Notes: generated by a model from the sequence alone, not told the origin. 58,800 nt of DNA from Thermoplasmatota archaeon (GCA_051745305.1 JBNJDY010000004.1:1-58800); one strand, 5' to 3'; shown: positions 46,664 to 58,008, counted from the first letter of the stretch. Program-made: numbers and translations.

Positions 46664-48082
46664 AATAAGTGCTTGTTTTTCTTCTAGTATACTTTTTACC
46701 GTTCGTATTTCCATCATATTTGTTACTCCCGATATAGGAGCGGGTATACCTGCTGTCAAAATCAGTAGATCCTCATCAGAGACCATATTTTTGCTATCCA
46801 ATATTTCTACTGAGTTACATATCATTTCATCTACATGCTCTGGGAAGTCCATATAGAATGCCTTTATGCCCCACACCAATTTTAATTGTCTTCTTACCTT
46901 CTCAGAATTTGTAAAAACGATGATATCTGTATCGGGTCTGAGTTTTGCTATCTTTTTCCCGGTATATCCTGAAGAGGTATGCGCAACGATATACTTTGCA
47001 TCCGTGTCCCTTGAGGCCTGCCAAACGTTCTTTGAGATAATATCTGCAATATCACTACTTTTTTGACTTACCGTATGATGTACCCTACCCTTTAGGTAGT
47101 TCTCCATCTTTTCTATGATCTCGGACATAAATTGAATAGATTTAACCGGGTACTGACCAACTGCTGTCTCTTCGGATAACATTACTGCATCAGTTCCGTC
47201 CATGACGGCGTTAGCGACATCAGATACTTCTGCACGAGTGGCCCTAGGACTTTCAGTCATAGATTTCAACATCTGAGTAGCGGTTATAACAGGTTTTTCC
47301 ATGATGTTACATTTTTCTATGATCTTTTTCTGCAGCATCGGGACGTCGGATGCTGGTACTTCGACTCCCAAATCCCCTCTTGCGATCATTATCCCGTCAG
47401 CCTCTTTCAAAATAGACTCTAGATTTTCAACCGCTTTCATGTGTTCAATTTTAGCGATTATTTCCATCTTCGAGTTTTCTTTATATAGGATCTTTCTAAT
47501 CCTTTTTACATCTTCAGCACTTTTGACGAAGGAAGCTGAGACAAAGTCGAAGTTGTTTTTCATTCCAAAATTTATATCTTTCTTATCTTTTTCAGTAGGC
47601 GTTTCTAATCCAACTTCTTTACCTGGGATATTCACCGATTTTTTTGAAAGCACAGGTCCTCCATGGATCACCGTCCCATTTATTTCATCATCCACTGAAT
47701 CTACTCGAATTTCAATCTGTCCATCATCGATAAGGATGGTATCCCCGTCTTCAACATAATTAACGATTTGGGGATAGTCAACCGGTAACGTTCTTTCATC
47801 TCCTGTGATATTTTCGGTAACAAGTTTAACCATTTCACCACTATGTAACGTAGTTCCCTCATCAATATTTTTTAACCTGATCTCAGGACCTTGGGTATCC
47901 ACCATTATACCGACTTCGTCGGATAATGACCGAATCTTTTGGAATATCTTTTTGTGTTCGTTATGAGTGCCATGGGAAAAATTTTGACGGGCTATATCCA
48001 TACCATTATCTATCATCTTTTTTAAAGTGTCTTTAGAGTTAGATGCCGGACCTATAGTTGCCACTATCTTTGTTTTTCTCAT
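46631..48082 (-). CDS. pyk: Pyruvate kinase
   Basis: RKTKIVATIGPA, NFSHG, D-QGPEIR, AKIE, ARGDLG, ATQML-SM, PRATRAE. Confidence 0.97.
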   Translation of the reverse strand: MRKTKIVATIGPASNSKDTLKKMIDNGMDIARQNFSHGTHNEHKKIFQKIRSLSDEVGIMVDTQGPEIRLKNIDEGTTLHSGEMVKLVTENITGDERTLPVDYPQIVNYVEDGDTILIDDGQIEIRVDSVDDEINGTVIHGGPVLSKKSVNIPGKEVGLETPTEKDKKDINFGMKNNFDFVSASFVKSAEDVKRIRKILYKENSKMEIIAKIEHMKAVENLESILKEADGIMIARGDLGVEVPASDVPMLQKKIIEKCNIMEKPVITATQMLKSMTESPRATRAEVSDVANAVMDGTDAVMLSEETAVGQYPVKSIQFMSEIIEKMENYLKGRVHHTVSQKSSDIADIISKNVWQASRDTDAKYIVAHTSSGYTGKKIAKLRPDTDIIVFTNSEKVRRQLKLVWGIKAFYMDFPEHVDEMICNSVEILDSKNMVSDEDLLILTAGIPAPISGVTNMMEIRTVKSILEEKQALIKKEKKRRKLS

Positions 48083-48220
48083 ACTATTCCTGTTATGAGA
48101 AATTGATAGATGGGTAATTAAATATTGTCTTAGGATTGAATTGATATAGCATCAGCGTTGACCCCCACTTCCCCATAAACTTTATATAGAACCTCTGTCT
48201 AATTAATAAATGCAAATATT

Positions 48221-48235
48221 ACAACATGAAGTTGT
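48221..48235. promoter_or_regulatory. Heat-shock repressor operator ACAAC-N5-GTTGT
   Basis: Inverted repeat downstream of TATA (TTTATATA 48181-48188); resembles the CTAAC-N5-GTTAG site of Archaeoglobus HSR1. Confidence 0.7.
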
Positions 48236-48253
48236 TAAATAGAGGTGAAGAAA

Positions 48254-48781
48254 ATGGGAGAAGATAAGGAGATCAAAGAAAGAGAAGATGAAGAAAAGGG
48301 GTTAGCCGAACGTCAATCCGAATGGTTCTACAGGCCGTTGGAAGAGATGGACCGGATGTTTGAAGACATCGATAAAACCTTCAAGAGATTCTTTGGTCAA
48401 CCCTTGATGAGAAGGGGAAGAGATAGATTCATGCCGTCCTTCGAAACTGGTTTCAGATCACCGGCCTTGGATATACGAGACCTTGGTGATCAATACTCTA
48501 TCCAGGCGGAGATACCGGGACTCGACAAAGACGACATAGAATTGGAGATCACTGAAGATAAGTTAACGATCAAAGCGGAGAAGGAACAAGAGAAGAAGGA
48601 AGAAGGTGAAGATTACGTAAGGAGAGAAAGAGGTTATAGGTCGTTCTACAGAGAATTACCTCTTTCTGATGAAGTGATCTCGGAGGAAACTAAAGCATCC
48701 TATAAGAAGGGTGTACTAGATATCCGCATACCGAAGAAAGAGAAAGAGAAGAAAGAGGGAATAAAGGTCGACATCGAATAA
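48254..48781 (+). CDS. Hsp20/alpha-crystallin small heat-shock protein
   Basis: P-LDI, AEIPG--K-DI, RER-Y-SFYR, ASYKKGVL-I-IPK, IxV tail. Confidence 0.95.
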   Translation: MGEDKEIKEREDEEKGLAERQSEWFYRPLEEMDRMFEDIDKTFKRFFGQPLMRRGRDRFMPSFETGFRSPALDIRDLGDQYSIQAEIPGLDKDDIELEITEDKLTIKAEKEQEKKEEGEDYVRRERGYRSFYRELPLSDEVISEETKASYKKGVLDIRIPKKEKEKKEGIKVDIE

Positions 48782-48819
48782 ACCTAATCCCTTTTTCAAA
48801 ACCCTTTATTTGATTTATT

Positions 48820-49470
48820 ATGAGCCCGAAAGAAGAATTTGATAAGATCATACGCATCCTCCAAAATCCTACAAGGAGAAAGATACTTGAAAGACTGTCA
48901 AGGGAGGAACACTATCCTTTACAGATATCTGAGACACTGAATACTAGCCAACAGGCGATCTCCAAACATCTTAAGACTATGGAAAAAGCGGGGCTAGTGG
49001 TTTCAAAAGTTGGAAAAAGTAACCGTGGAGGACCACCCACTAAAACATACATGGTCAATAGAGAATTCTCGTTGAGGATCGATTTAGGTCCAACTCTATT
49101 TCGGACTGAAGTCGATGATTTAAAGTTCGAAAAGATCGAAGGTTATGAAAATATCGAAAAGAATATAGATTTAGATCAGAAAGAGGGGTTTTTGAAAAGA
49201 AAAAGAGAAATTATAAAAGAAATAGAATGCGAAATCGAAGACCTAAAGAAGAGGCGTCAGTATCTCTTAAAATTAAAAGAAATGGCACTTTCTAAGGGAT
49301 ATGAATATATATATGATAATTTTGACGATTACAAGGAACGATTCGTATTATATTATATACTGGATACGGGTCATAGAGACCCTAAAAAATTAGCTAAGGA
49401 TTTCGAAATTAGAGAAGATAAGATGAAAGAAATTATAGATAATTTGAAAGAAAAAACCGAGTTATGGTGA
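48820..49470 (+). CDS. HSR1/Phr-like ArsR-family heat-shock transcriptional regulator
   Basis: L-NPTRRKIL--L, SQQAISKHL--ME-AGLV, GPP-K-Y, coiled coil; sits inside the chaperone cluster. Confidence 0.85.
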   Translation: MSPKEEFDKIIRILQNPTRRKILERLSREEHYPLQISETLNTSQQAISKHLKTMEKAGLVVSKVGKSNRGGPPTKTYMVNREFSLRIDLGPTLFRTEVDDLKFEKIEGYENIEKNIDLDQKEGFLKRKREIIKEIECEIEDLKKRRQYLLKLKEMALSKGYEYIYDNFDDYKERFVLYYILDTGHRDPKKLAKDFEIREDKMKEIIDNLKEKTELW

Positions 49471-49475
49471 TAGAT

Positions 49476-50015
49476 ATGAATTATGAAGATGATGAAGAAG
49501 ATAAGAAAAAGAGAAGAGACCCGTTCAGAGACATATTTGGAATCCAAAATATAGATAAAGAATTTGAAAGAATGCAGAAATTGATGGATGAAATGATAAG
49601 CAGGGGATTTAACAGGCAAGATAAAGATCCATTCGTTTATGGATTTTCAGTAAGAACGGGCCCTAATGGTAAACCGAAGATCCAAGAATTCGGTAATGCA
49701 AAAGATTACTTCTTACATAAACAGGATGAGTCCCAAAAATCAGAATGGACACCGTTAACCGATGTACAGGAAGTCGATGATGAAGTAATGGTTACCATCG
49801 ATATACCTGGTGTAGAAAAGGAAGACATAGACATCGAAGTAAAAGACAGTAAGATGATTTTGAACGTAGATAGTAAGCGGAAATACAAGACTACTATCGA
49901 TCTACCTTGTATGGTAGATGTGAACGATTCTGAAGCTAGTTACAATAACGGAGTCCTTGAAGTGAAGTTGAAGAAGAAACAGGAACCTCATGGTAAATCT
50001 ATAGAGATAAATTAG
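49476..50015 (+). CDS. Archaeal Hsp20 small heat-shock protein
   Basis: PFVYGFSV--GP-GKP-I-EFGN, PLTDV, DIPGVEK, YNNGVLE. Confidence 0.95.
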   Translation: MNYEDDEEDKKKRRDPFRDIFGIQNIDKEFERMQKLMDEMISRGFNRQDKDPFVYGFSVRTGPNGKPKIQEFGNAKDYFLHKQDESQKSEWTPLTDVQEVDDEVMVTIDIPGVEKEDIDIEVKDSKMILNVDSKRKYKTTIDLPCMVDVNDSEASYNNGVLEVKLKKKQEPHGKSIEIN

Positions 50016-50024
50016 TGTGGTAAT

Positions 50025-50567
50025 ATGAGTGAAAAGGAAAGTAAAAATGAGGAAGAAGAAGAACATGAAGAACCTGAAGAGGTTAGCGAAGAAATTGAAA
50101 TAGAAGAGACATCCGATGAGGAGTTAGAAGAGCTCACTAAAGAACAATTAGAGGAAGAAGTAGATGAACTGGAGAAGTCTTTGAAAAAGGTGATGGCGGA
50201 TTTCGATAATTACAGAAAAAGGACATTACGTGAAAAAAAGAGGATCATCGAACGGGCGACAGAAGATCTGATGGTCGATCTTTTAGGTGTACTGGGTGAC
50301 TTTGAAAGGGCTTTAAATTCGGACGACAAATTGGACCTTGACGGTGTCGAGATGATATACAAGAAATTCTACAGGACTTTAAAAGAGCATGGGTTAGAAG
50401 AATTCGATGCTGAAGGGGAACAATTCGATCCTAGATTCCATGAATGCGTAATGTCTGTAGATGCTAAAAATGAAGATGATAAGGATTTAGTCATTGAACA
50501 GTTTGAAAAAGGTTATAAATTGAATTCAAAGGTCATACGACCTGCTAAAGTAAAAGTTGCAAATTAA
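50025..50567 (+). CDS. grpE: Nucleotide exchange factor GrpE
   Basis: [32 protein letters not shown]. Confidence 0.96.
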   Translation: MSEKESKNEEEEEHEEPEEVSEEIEIEETSDEELEELTKEQLEEEVDELEKSLKKVMADFDNYRKRTLREKKRIIERATEDLMVDLLGVLGDFERALNSDDKLDLDGVEMIYKKFYRTLKEHGLEEFDAEGEQFDPRFHECVMSVDAKNEDDKDLVIEQFEKGYKLNSKVIRPAKVKVAN

Positions 50568-50581
50568 AGATAGGTGATAAT

Positions 50582-52459
50582 ATGTCTAAAATATTAGGAA
50601 TAGATTTAGGAACGACAAACTCGGCGATGGCTGTTATGGAAGGTGGAGAACCTACGATAATCACCAATTCTGAAGGTGAAAGGACAACCCCCTCCGTAGT
50701 GGCTTTCAAAGACGATGGAGAACGGTTAGTTGGAGAGTTGGCTAAACGACAAGCGGTAAAAAATCCAGATAGAACTATCGCTTCGATCAAAAGAAAGATG
50801 GGCACTGATTACAAAGTGAATATCGAAGGTAAAAAGTACACACCTGAAGAGATATCTGCTATGATACTTCAGAAGATGAAGAAAGATGCTGAAGATTATT
50901 TAGGTGAGAAAGTTGATAGAGCTGTTATTACTGTTCCAGCTTACTTCAATGAACCGCAGAGAGAAGCTACCAAAAATGCAGGAGAGATCGCTGGCTTTAA
51001 AGTGGACCGTGTCTTAAACGAACCCACTGCCTCTTCCATGGCTTATAGGATGGAAGAGAAGGATAAAGCTGAAACTATTCTTGTGTACGACTTAGGTGGA
51101 GGAACCTTCGATGTTTCTATACTTGAAGTCGGTGACGGAGTTTACGAGGTACTTTCTACTTCTGGTAATACACAGCTAGGCGGGGACGATTGGACTCAGA
51201 AGATCGTGGATTGGTGTTTAGAGCGATTCAAAAAAGAGCATGGATTAGATCTTAGTGATAACAGAGAAGCCCTTCAGAGGATCACAGAAGCATCTGAAAA
51301 AGCCAAAAAAGAACTATCGACCAGGGAGAAAACTGAGATCAACTTACCTTACATAACTGCAGATGACAGTGGACCGAAACATCTTGACTTAGAACTTACA
51401 CGAGGAAAATTCCAGAACATGACGCGTGGACTGGTCGATAAGACCAAAAAACCACTGCAGATAGCTATGGATGATGCAGGATTAGATATCGGAGATATCG
51501 ATGAAGTGATCATGGTCGGTGGTTCTACACGACTACCAGCTATCAAAGAATTAGTTAAAGATTATTTCAAGAAAGAACCACATATGAAGATCAATCCGGA
51601 TGAATGCGTTGCCGTCGGTGCCGCTATCCAAGCTGGTGTTATCTCGGGTGATGTTACAGATGATATAGTTCTACTCGATGTTACTCCACTTTCTCTAGGT
51701 GTTGAAACACTCGGAGGAGTAACAACTCAGCTTATAGAACGGAACACGACCATTCCCACAGAAGAAAGTAAGATATTTACCACTGCACAGGACAACCAGA
51801 CAACGGTTGAGATCCATGTAGTACAGGGGGAAAGAGCCATGGCTAAGGACAACCACAGCCTGGGAAGATTCACTTTAACAGGTATACCTCCATCACCCAA
51901 AGGAGTACCTCAGATAGAAGTGACCTTCCAGATGGATGAGAACGGAATATTGAATGTATCTGCTGAGGACAAAGCATCAGGAAAACAGGAGAGTATCACA
52001 GTTGAATCAACAAGCCAACTTTCAGAAGATGAGATCGAAAGGATGAAACAGGAAGCTGAACAGCACGCAGAAGAGGACGAAGAAAAGAAACAAGAGATAC
52101 GCGATAGGAACGAAGCGATGACTCTTGTAGATTCAACAGAAAGGACGTTAGAAGAAGTCGGAGATAAGGTCGATGAATCGATCAAAAACGAGATACAGGA
52201 AAAAGTCGATGAACTAAAAGAAGCTCTAGAAGAAGATGATATAGATAAGATACGGAAAAAGAAGGAAGAACTGTCCAAAAAAGTTCAGGAGATCGGTAAA
52301 CAGATGTATCAAGCACAACAAGCAGCTCAACAGCAAGCTACACAGCAGCAGGCGGCTCAACAACAGGCCGCACAACAACAAGCACAGCAGCAATCTTCTT
52401 CGGATGAAGATGAGGACGTAGTCGATGCAGATTACGAAGTTGTCGACGAAGAAGAATAA
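50582..52459 (+). CDS. dnaK: Chaperone DnaK
   Basis: [41 protein letters not shown]; Q/A-rich tail. Confidence 0.99.
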   Translation: MSKILGIDLGTTNSAMAVMEGGEPTIITNSEGERTTPSVVAFKDDGERLVGELAKRQAVKNPDRTIASIKRKMGTDYKVNIEGKKYTPEEISAMILQKMKKDAEDYLGEKVDRAVITVPAYFNEPQREATKNAGEIAGFKVDRVLNEPTASSMAYRMEEKDKAETILVYDLGGGTFDVSILEVGDGVYEVLSTSGNTQLGGDDWTQKIVDWCLERFKKEHGLDLSDNREALQRITEASEKAKKELSTREKTEINLPYITADDSGPKHLDLELTRGKFQNMTRGLVDKTKKPLQIAMDDAGLDIGDIDEVIMVGGSTRLPAIKELVKDYFKKEPHMKINPDECVAVGAAIQAGVISGDVTDDIVLLDVTPLSLGVETLGGVTTQLIERNTTIPTEESKIFTTAQDNQTTVEIHVVQGERAMAKDNHSLGRFTLTGIPPSPKGVPQIEVTFQMDENGILNVSAEDKASGKQESITVESTSQLSEDEIERMKQEAEQHAEEDEEKKQEIRDRNEAMTLVDSTERTLEEVGDKVDESIKNEIQEKVDELKEALEEDDIDKIRKKKEELSKKVQEIGKQMYQAQQAAQQQATQQQAAQQQAAQQQAQQQSSSDEDEDVVDADYEVVDEEE

Positions 52460-52507
52460 AACCAAACCCCTTTCTTTTTATATTATGTATATATCTGAAG
52501 TGACAAC

Positions 52508-53668
52508 ATGGCAAAAGACTATTACGATACATTAGGTGTCGACAAAGATGCATCTAAAGATGAGATTAAAAAAGCATATCGTAAGAAAGCTAAGATGTAT
52601 CATCCCGATAAAAATCCAGACAATCCAGATGAGGCAAGAGAGAAGTTTAAAGAGATCTCCGAAGCCTATGAAGTATTAGCTGATGAGGACAAAAGGGAGC
52701 GTTATGATAGATATGGAGAGGCTGGAGTAAAAGATCAGTTTAGTCAAGGAGATTTCACCTGGCAGGATTTTTCGCATAGAGATGATTTAGAGGATATTTT
52801 TTCTGATTTCTTTGGCGGCAGGAGATCAAGTGGATTTGAAGATATTTTTTCTGATTTTTTTGGTAGGAGAAGAAGCACTGGTAGGGCTAGACAGAGGCGT
52901 GGAAGTGACTTAAGGGCGACCGTGGAAGTTACATTGGAAGATATCCATGACGGAACGGAAAAAACGATTAAACTTAACAGAAAAGCCCCATGTGATGCAT
53001 GTGATGGTACAGGAAGTACATCTGGCGGTACTAAGAGATGTCCAGAATGTGATGGTAGAGGAGAGGTTAGACAGGTTCAGAGAAGAGGGATTCAACAACT
53101 TATAACCGTTACTAGTTGTTCCAAATGTGGGGGTACCGGAGAGATAGTTGAAAATCCTTGTGATAAGTGTGATGGAAAAGGAAGAGTTCAAAAAAGAGAG
53201 ACTATCAATATTAAAGTTCCACCAGGAGCTGAAGATGGTAGTAGGTTACGTGTTCCTGGTAAGGGTGATGCAGGCCCAAGAGGAGCTACTCCAGGAGATC
53301 TGTACATATTGATTCGGGTGAAACCCCATGAGATTTTCCAAAAGAGAGGCCCTCATCTATTCATGGATGTTCCTATCTCCATGACACAAGCAGCACTAGG
53401 TGATGAGATAAAAGTACCCACATTGAAAGGAAACGTGAAATTAAACATACCTCCTGGAACACAACATGGAACAAACTTAAGACTCGGTGGAAAGGGATTA
53501 CCCACTAGACATGATACACAAGGTGATCAGATCGTTAAAGTAAAAGTAAAAATCCCCGAGAAGTTGAACCAGGAACAGAAAGATCTTTTAAAGGAATTCG
53601 AGAAGATTGAAAAAAAGAAAGAAAAAGGTTTATTCGACAAAATTAAAGATAAGTGGAGTTCAGATTAA
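52508..53668 (+). CDS. dnaJ: Chaperone DnaJ
   Basis: J domain HPD, G/F region with DIF motifs, four CxxCxGxG repeats. Confidence 0.98.
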   Translation: MAKDYYDTLGVDKDASKDEIKKAYRKKAKMYHPDKNPDNPDEAREKFKEISEAYEVLADEDKRERYDRYGEAGVKDQFSQGDFTWQDFSHRDDLEDIFSDFFGGRRSSGFEDIFSDFFGRRRSTGRARQRRGSDLRATVEVTLEDIHDGTEKTIKLNRKAPCDACDGTGSTSGGTKRCPECDGRGEVRQVQRRGIQQLITVTSCSKCGGTGEIVENPCDKCDGKGRVQKRETINIKVPPGAEDGSRLRVPGKGDAGPRGATPGDLYILIRVKPHEIFQKRGPHLFMDVPISMTQAALGDEIKVPTLKGNVKLNIPPGTQHGTNLRLGGKGLPTRHDTQGDQIVKVKVKIPEKLNQEQKDLLKEFEKIEKKKEKGLFDKIKDKWSSD

Positions 53669-54085
53669 TTCTACTTCTTTTAGGGAGTAACCTTTTCCAC
53701 ATTTAATTTTTTTACCTACACCTTTGACATTGTATTTCTGCTTATTACCTATACCAGAAGGATGGCATAATCTGTAATGATCACATTCTAGTTGTTTACA
53801 ATCTTTCCTTTCGAATGTAACCACTGATCCTTCTATAACCGTCCTCCCAGATACTGCGGTTTTAATCGGTATTTTTTCAACCTCCACAACCTGTACATCA
53901 CCGTGGTGGACTTTGCACTTATGTTTTTTATCTCTGATTCCAACTATTTTATACCATCTATTCTTTTCTAAACCACAGCAGGAGTTTTTGATTTCACAGC
54001 TTTTACATTTGGATAAACATCCTCCAAAAACAAATTCTAAACCTTCTTCAGCTAAATGTTCACCTATCAGAGTCACTTCTGTCAT
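53660..54085 (-). CDS. UPF0179 family protein
   Basis: VTLIG--LA--G-EF, CxxC, C, C--H and further Cys residues. Confidence 0.88.
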   Translation of the reverse strand: MTEVTLIGEHLAEEGLEFVFGGCLSKCKSCEIKNSCCGLEKNRWYKIVGIRDKKHKCKVHHGDVQVVEVEKIPIKTAVSGRTVIEGSVVTFERKDCKQLECDHYRLCHPSGIGNKQKYNVKGVGKKIKCGKGYSLKEVELI

Positions 54086-54102
54086 TTATTCACCTCTTTT
54101 TT

Positions 54103-55197
54103 TTAGATTATTCCAGTTTCTTTGAGAGCTTCTTCTGCAGCGTCTCTTTTCATCCTCCGATTCCCCAAAATAGTATATCTTTCAGGTCTTATCTCTGGTG
54201 CATGGATAAGAGCTTCGATAACTTCCTCTTCAGTTAGATCCAACCCTCTAGCTGTAGTTGGAGCACCAACCATTTCTAGTGCGTTCTTTATCCTTTTCCA
54301 GTCCCCTCCGTGCAGGTACATCATTATGATCGTTCCTACACCACATTGTTCTCCATGTAGTGCTGGTTTAACTAAGAGTTCGTCTAAAGAATGGCTGAAT
54401 TTGTGTTCACCACCACTTGCAGGTCTTGATGACCCAGCAATGCTCATAGCAACACTTGAACTGACCAATGCTTTGACCACTAACCATGCACTTTCTTCCA
54501 ATCCCGGTTTGATGCTGTAAGCATTATCTATCAAAGATGAAGCGGTCATCTTGGAAAGATTTGCAGCATAATGGGAATAGGATTCGTTTCTTAGTCTTTT
54601 TGCCAATTGCCAGTCTAAGACCGCTGTTTCGTTGGCTATTATATCTGCACAACCTGAAGCTAACAACCTGTAAGGGCTGTTTGCGATAATACTCGTATCC
54701 GCCACTACTGCTAATGGGGACTGTGCCGCGACGGATTTTTTATTGCCATTTCTATCTATAGATGCTCTTCCGGAAGCTATCCCATCGTGTGAAGCAGCGG
54801 TCGGGATACTTATAAAAGGTATATCTAAAAGATATGACGAGTATTTAGCCACATCTATAGGTCTCCCGCCTCCTACACCAAGGAAAAAATCGTATTCATC
54901 CTTGGAGCTTTCTGTTATATCGTCAACGGTTTTCTGTGAAGCATTTTCTATTTCATATATGTTAGTGTTAAAGTTCTTTTCTTCAAGAAGATCGCTAACT
55001 TCATCACCTGCAATTTCCCTAGTGGTCCCGTCACAGATGATCAGAGCTCGATTTTGTAATTTAAGTGATTTTATGGTTTTTGCTATATACTGTATAGCAT
55101 CACTACCTACGACTACTGTTCTTGGAAACTGCATACTCTTTAATTTACTGAACTGAGTGACGTTCTCTTGTTTCGTAACATTATCTTCAGTAGCCAT
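54103..55197 (-). CDS. egsA: sn-glycerol-1-phosphate dehydrogenase
   Basis: GVGGG--IDVAK, PTAASHDGIAS, SSRPASG-EH-FSH, HGEQCG, R-ERYTIL. Confidence 0.96.
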   Translation of the reverse strand: MATEDNVTKQENVTQFSKLKSMQFPRTVVVGSDAIQYIAKTIKSLKLQNRALIICDGTTREIAGDEVSDLLEEKNFNTNIYEIENASQKTVDDITESSKDEYDFFLGVGGGRPIDVAKYSSYLLDIPFISIPTAASHDGIASGRASIDRNGNKKSVAAQSPLAVVADTSIIANSPYRLLASGCADIIANETAVLDWQLAKRLRNESYSHYAANLSKMTASSLIDNAYSIKPGLEESAWLVVKALVSSSVAMSIAGSSRPASGGEHKFSHSLDELLVKPALHGEQCGVGTIIMMYLHGGDWKRIKNALEMVGAPTTARGLDLTEEEVIEALIHAPEIRPERYTILGNRRMKRDAAEEALKETGII

Positions 55198-55245
55198 GTT
55201 TCAAACACTATTTAGATTACAAACTGCTCTCATATATTACTTTCC

Positions 55246-56019
55246 CTACTCAGTAAGTTTTTTGTCTATAAGTTCAGCCACTCGTTTACCTGAAAGGAGC
55301 ATTCCACCGAATATCGGTCCCATTCTTGGTGCCCCAATAACTGCATTTGCGCACATACCTGTTATCCACAATCCTGGGAAAACTTCTTGAGTATTCTCAA
55401 CTACTGTTTTTTCACCTATTTCTGCACACATGGATTTTTCACCAGCGATTCCACCTGTATCGGTTTCAAGAGATCCCACTTTTCGATTCACTATATTACA
55501 AACTTCTGCATCATGGCCAGTAGCGTCTATACAAGCTTTTGCCCTGATCGTGATAGGATCTACATGTAGTCCTGCGACCTCTATCGATGAAGAATTGATG
55601 ACGAAGCCATTCACTTTATCACATTCATAGAGAACATCTTCTACTGTAACAAGGTTGAAAAGACGTGCCCCAGCATCGATCGCTGCGGAGAGAAGTTTAC
55701 TCACACATTCGATCGAGTCTGCAGTGTAATAGCCATCACCTACATCGGTAGTTTTCACGCCAATTTTTTCGAGTTCCTGAACGGATTCCTCCTGAACGAC
55801 AACGACAGGATAACCCATACCTCCACCCCACATACCTCCTCCGGGTGATAATTTTCTCTCGAAGATGGCTACGTTGTAACCTTTCTCTGCAAGATAGCGA
55901 CTAGCTACCAACCCAGCTGGACCTGCTCCAGCTATCGCAACATCATTCTCAGTATGTTTTGAAAATTCCCTAAAATATCGCTCCGTTATATGCCTAGTTA
56001 CCTTTATATCGTCTATCAT
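55246..56019 (-). CDS. thi4: Sulfide-dependent thiazole synthase Thi4
   Basis: GAGPAGL, GGGMWGGG, LHVDP, DATGHD, RMGPIFG-M-LSG. Confidence 0.95.
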   Translation of the reverse strand: MIDDIKVTRHITERYFREFSKHTENDVAIAGAGPAGLVASRYLAEKGYNVAIFERKLSPGGGMWGGGMGYPVVVVQEESVQELEKIGVKTTDVGDGYYTADSIECVSKLLSAAIDAGARLFNLVTVEDVLYECDKVNGFVINSSSIEVAGLHVDPITIRAKACIDATGHDAEVCNIVNRKVGSLETDTGGIAGEKSMCAEIGEKTVVENTQEVFPGLWITGMCANAVIGAPRMGPIFGGMLLSGKRVAELIDKKLTE

Positions 56020-56063
56020 GTTTCACACATAAACTTGGGGGTGTATAAATATCTTGATGTAAC

Positions 56064-56525
56064 TTAGTAGTACTGTATATCACTTTTTTCAGGTGTTTGT
56101 GACGATTCTTTTTGGTATACATAGTATTCTATACCATATATCGCTCCACGGATTATGCAGGCTATAACTGTCAAAATGATGATGCCCGGAATGGTGATCA
56201 GATAGGCATATTCTTCTCCTTGATATCCTAGATTTACACTTCTCAAAACAAATACAAAATAGATTATCAAAATCGCAGTGCTGACCATACCAAATGCAAG
56301 TCTCTTTTTATCATCCTTACTAAAATAGTTGCCAATTCCAATAGTTATAGCAAGGGGAATGCCGATCAACACAGCATAAGTGGCGGTGTTTTGGAAGATA
56401 TGTTCTATTTCTGGGATAGCTGAAGTGGCCATTGAGATACCTATCCATACGATGATCACAAAAAAAATCAACGAAAGTACAAAGGATAGAGCTGCCTTTA
56501 TCGGATGTTTCTCCGATTCTTTCAT
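56064..56525 (-). CDS. Hypothetical 4-TM membrane protein
   Basis: Four hydrophobic segments; starts 1 nt after the stop of the upstream gene. Confidence 0.75.
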   Translation of the reverse strand: MKESEKHPIKAALSFVLSLIFFVIIVWIGISMATSAIPEIEHIFQNTATYAVLIGIPLAITIGIGNYFSKDDKKRLAFGMVSTAILIIYFVFVLRSVNLGYQGEEYAYLITIPGIIILTVIACIIRGAIYGIEYYVYQKESSQTPEKSDIQYY

Positions 56526-56526
56526 T

Positions 56527-58008
56527 TCAATCTACCTCCACTCTTTTCTCTAACTGCATTCCAGTATTGTCGTCGGTGAAAGTGACCAGTGCATATGATG
56601 GTACATCATCGACTTCAGTTTCTATTGTATCTATGAATTCTTCTCCTGAATTTACAATATAATCTTGATTATCTTGATATGATATAAATTTAGATCCGAT
56701 TTCTATGTCGTCTTCGTCGTAGATAGAGATATCTAATTCCATTTCTAATCTACGAGGACTGTCGTTTATGAATGAAAACGTAGCAGACCCTGTCCCTGTT
56801 GTTAGATCATATCTTATGTTCCCTATTTCTAGGTCATTCAATGGTGCCCCCCATTCGTATGTTTCATGGGTATTAAAGGAGATATCATCATCTATAAGAT
56901 GAATGTCCATATCGAATAATAATAAATGACTTGTAGTTATGAATTTTTCAGAATCCTGCTCATCTATTGAAAAGTTCAATTCGCCATGATAATCGCTTCC
57001 TAGCGGTATCATCTGTTCATCGGAAGAATATCTATTATTTCTTTCTCCATCCAACATAACGATATCGACAATAGCTTCCCCGGAGAGTCTAGGTGTGTTA
57101 ACTTGATATGGCAAATATAATGTGGTTTCACCTGCGCTATATGTAACATGGGCTTCGTTATATTTAAGATCTAAATCTTCCACTGGTGCCTCCCAAAAGT
57201 AAATTTCTTCCTCTTCAAACTCCTGATCGAAATCACTAAAAGCTATTTGAGATGTCAAAACCAATTCCTGGCTGTTAAATATCAGTTCTTCGATTAAGTG
57301 ATCATCGATAAGAAAATCAACAGTGTCTGATTCGTAAACCCCGAGAGGTACGGTTAACTCAGTACTAGAATAGAGTTCTTCTTTATTTTCGTCGTACAAT
57401 CCAAGTTCGATTATACTTTCTCCTGAGAGATATTTATTTGTTTCAACCGTGTATGGAAGTGAAACAACAGCACCTTCAGCATTTGATGTCAAATCGATAT
57501 TATCCTCCTTATACTCCAATGTTTCAACCAACCCTTCCCATTCAACTGTACTTTCATAATCTAGATTAAAATGGAGTATTGAGAAGGGGTAATTGGCATT
57601 CATATCTGATATAATTTTAAGGTCTATACCTTCAAATACAAGATCTTCTAATTCTTCTTCTGTAAAATCATCTAATGAGGTTTGAAGTTCGAGTTCAATC
57701 CTTTTATTCTCTCCCTTTTCGACTGATGGAACATATATCGTATCATTAAATAATGAACGATTGAAACCGATGATCTCCACCCTTATGTTTATATCTTCCA
57801 TACTGTAATATCCGGAATTATTCACCCACATATCTCCTCTTAATAAGAGGTCGTTCTCTTGGACGTCCCATTCTATCTCTTCTTCGGATGGGATGTCAAT
57901 GTCTATTTCACCTGTCATAGCTGGAAATACACTAGTAAAGGAAATAATTAATATCAATACAGATAGGACCGTAAGTATAACTTTTAGCACGGCCAATTTG
58001 AGCTTCAT
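56527..58008 (-). CDS. N-terminally anchored acidic protein with tandem ~115-aa beta-rich repeats
   Basis: Signal anchor, then repeats delimited by WEG/WEAP/WGAP. Confidence 0.78.
   Translation of the reverse strand: MKLKLAVLKVILTVLSVLILIISFTSVFPAMTGEIDIDIPSEEEIEWDVQENDLLLRGDMWVNNSGYYSMEDINIRVEIIGFNRSLFNDTIYVPSVEKGENKRIELELQTSLDDFTEEELEDLVFEGIDLKIISDMNANYPFSILHFNLDYESTVEWEGLVETLEYKEDNIDLTSNAEGAVVSLPYTVETNKYLSGESIIELGLYDENKEELYSSTELTVPLGVYESDTVDFLIDDHLIEELIFNSQELVLTSQIAFSDFDQEFEEEEIYFWEAPVEDLDLKYNEAHVTYSAGETTLYLPYQVNTPRLSGEAIVDIVMLDGERNNRYSSDEQMIPLGSDYHGELNFSIDEQDSEKFITTSHLLLFDMDIHLIDDDISFNTHETYEWGAPLNDLEIGNIRYDLTTGTGSATFSFINDSPRRLEMELDISIYDEDDIEIGSKFISYQDNQDYIVNSGEEFIDTIETEVDDVPSYALVTFTDDNTGMQLEKRVEVD

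Noticed and set aside
52790-52865. Direct repeat GATATTTTTTCTGATTT in dnaJ
   Set aside because: Encodes the normal repeated DIF motifs of the G/F region.
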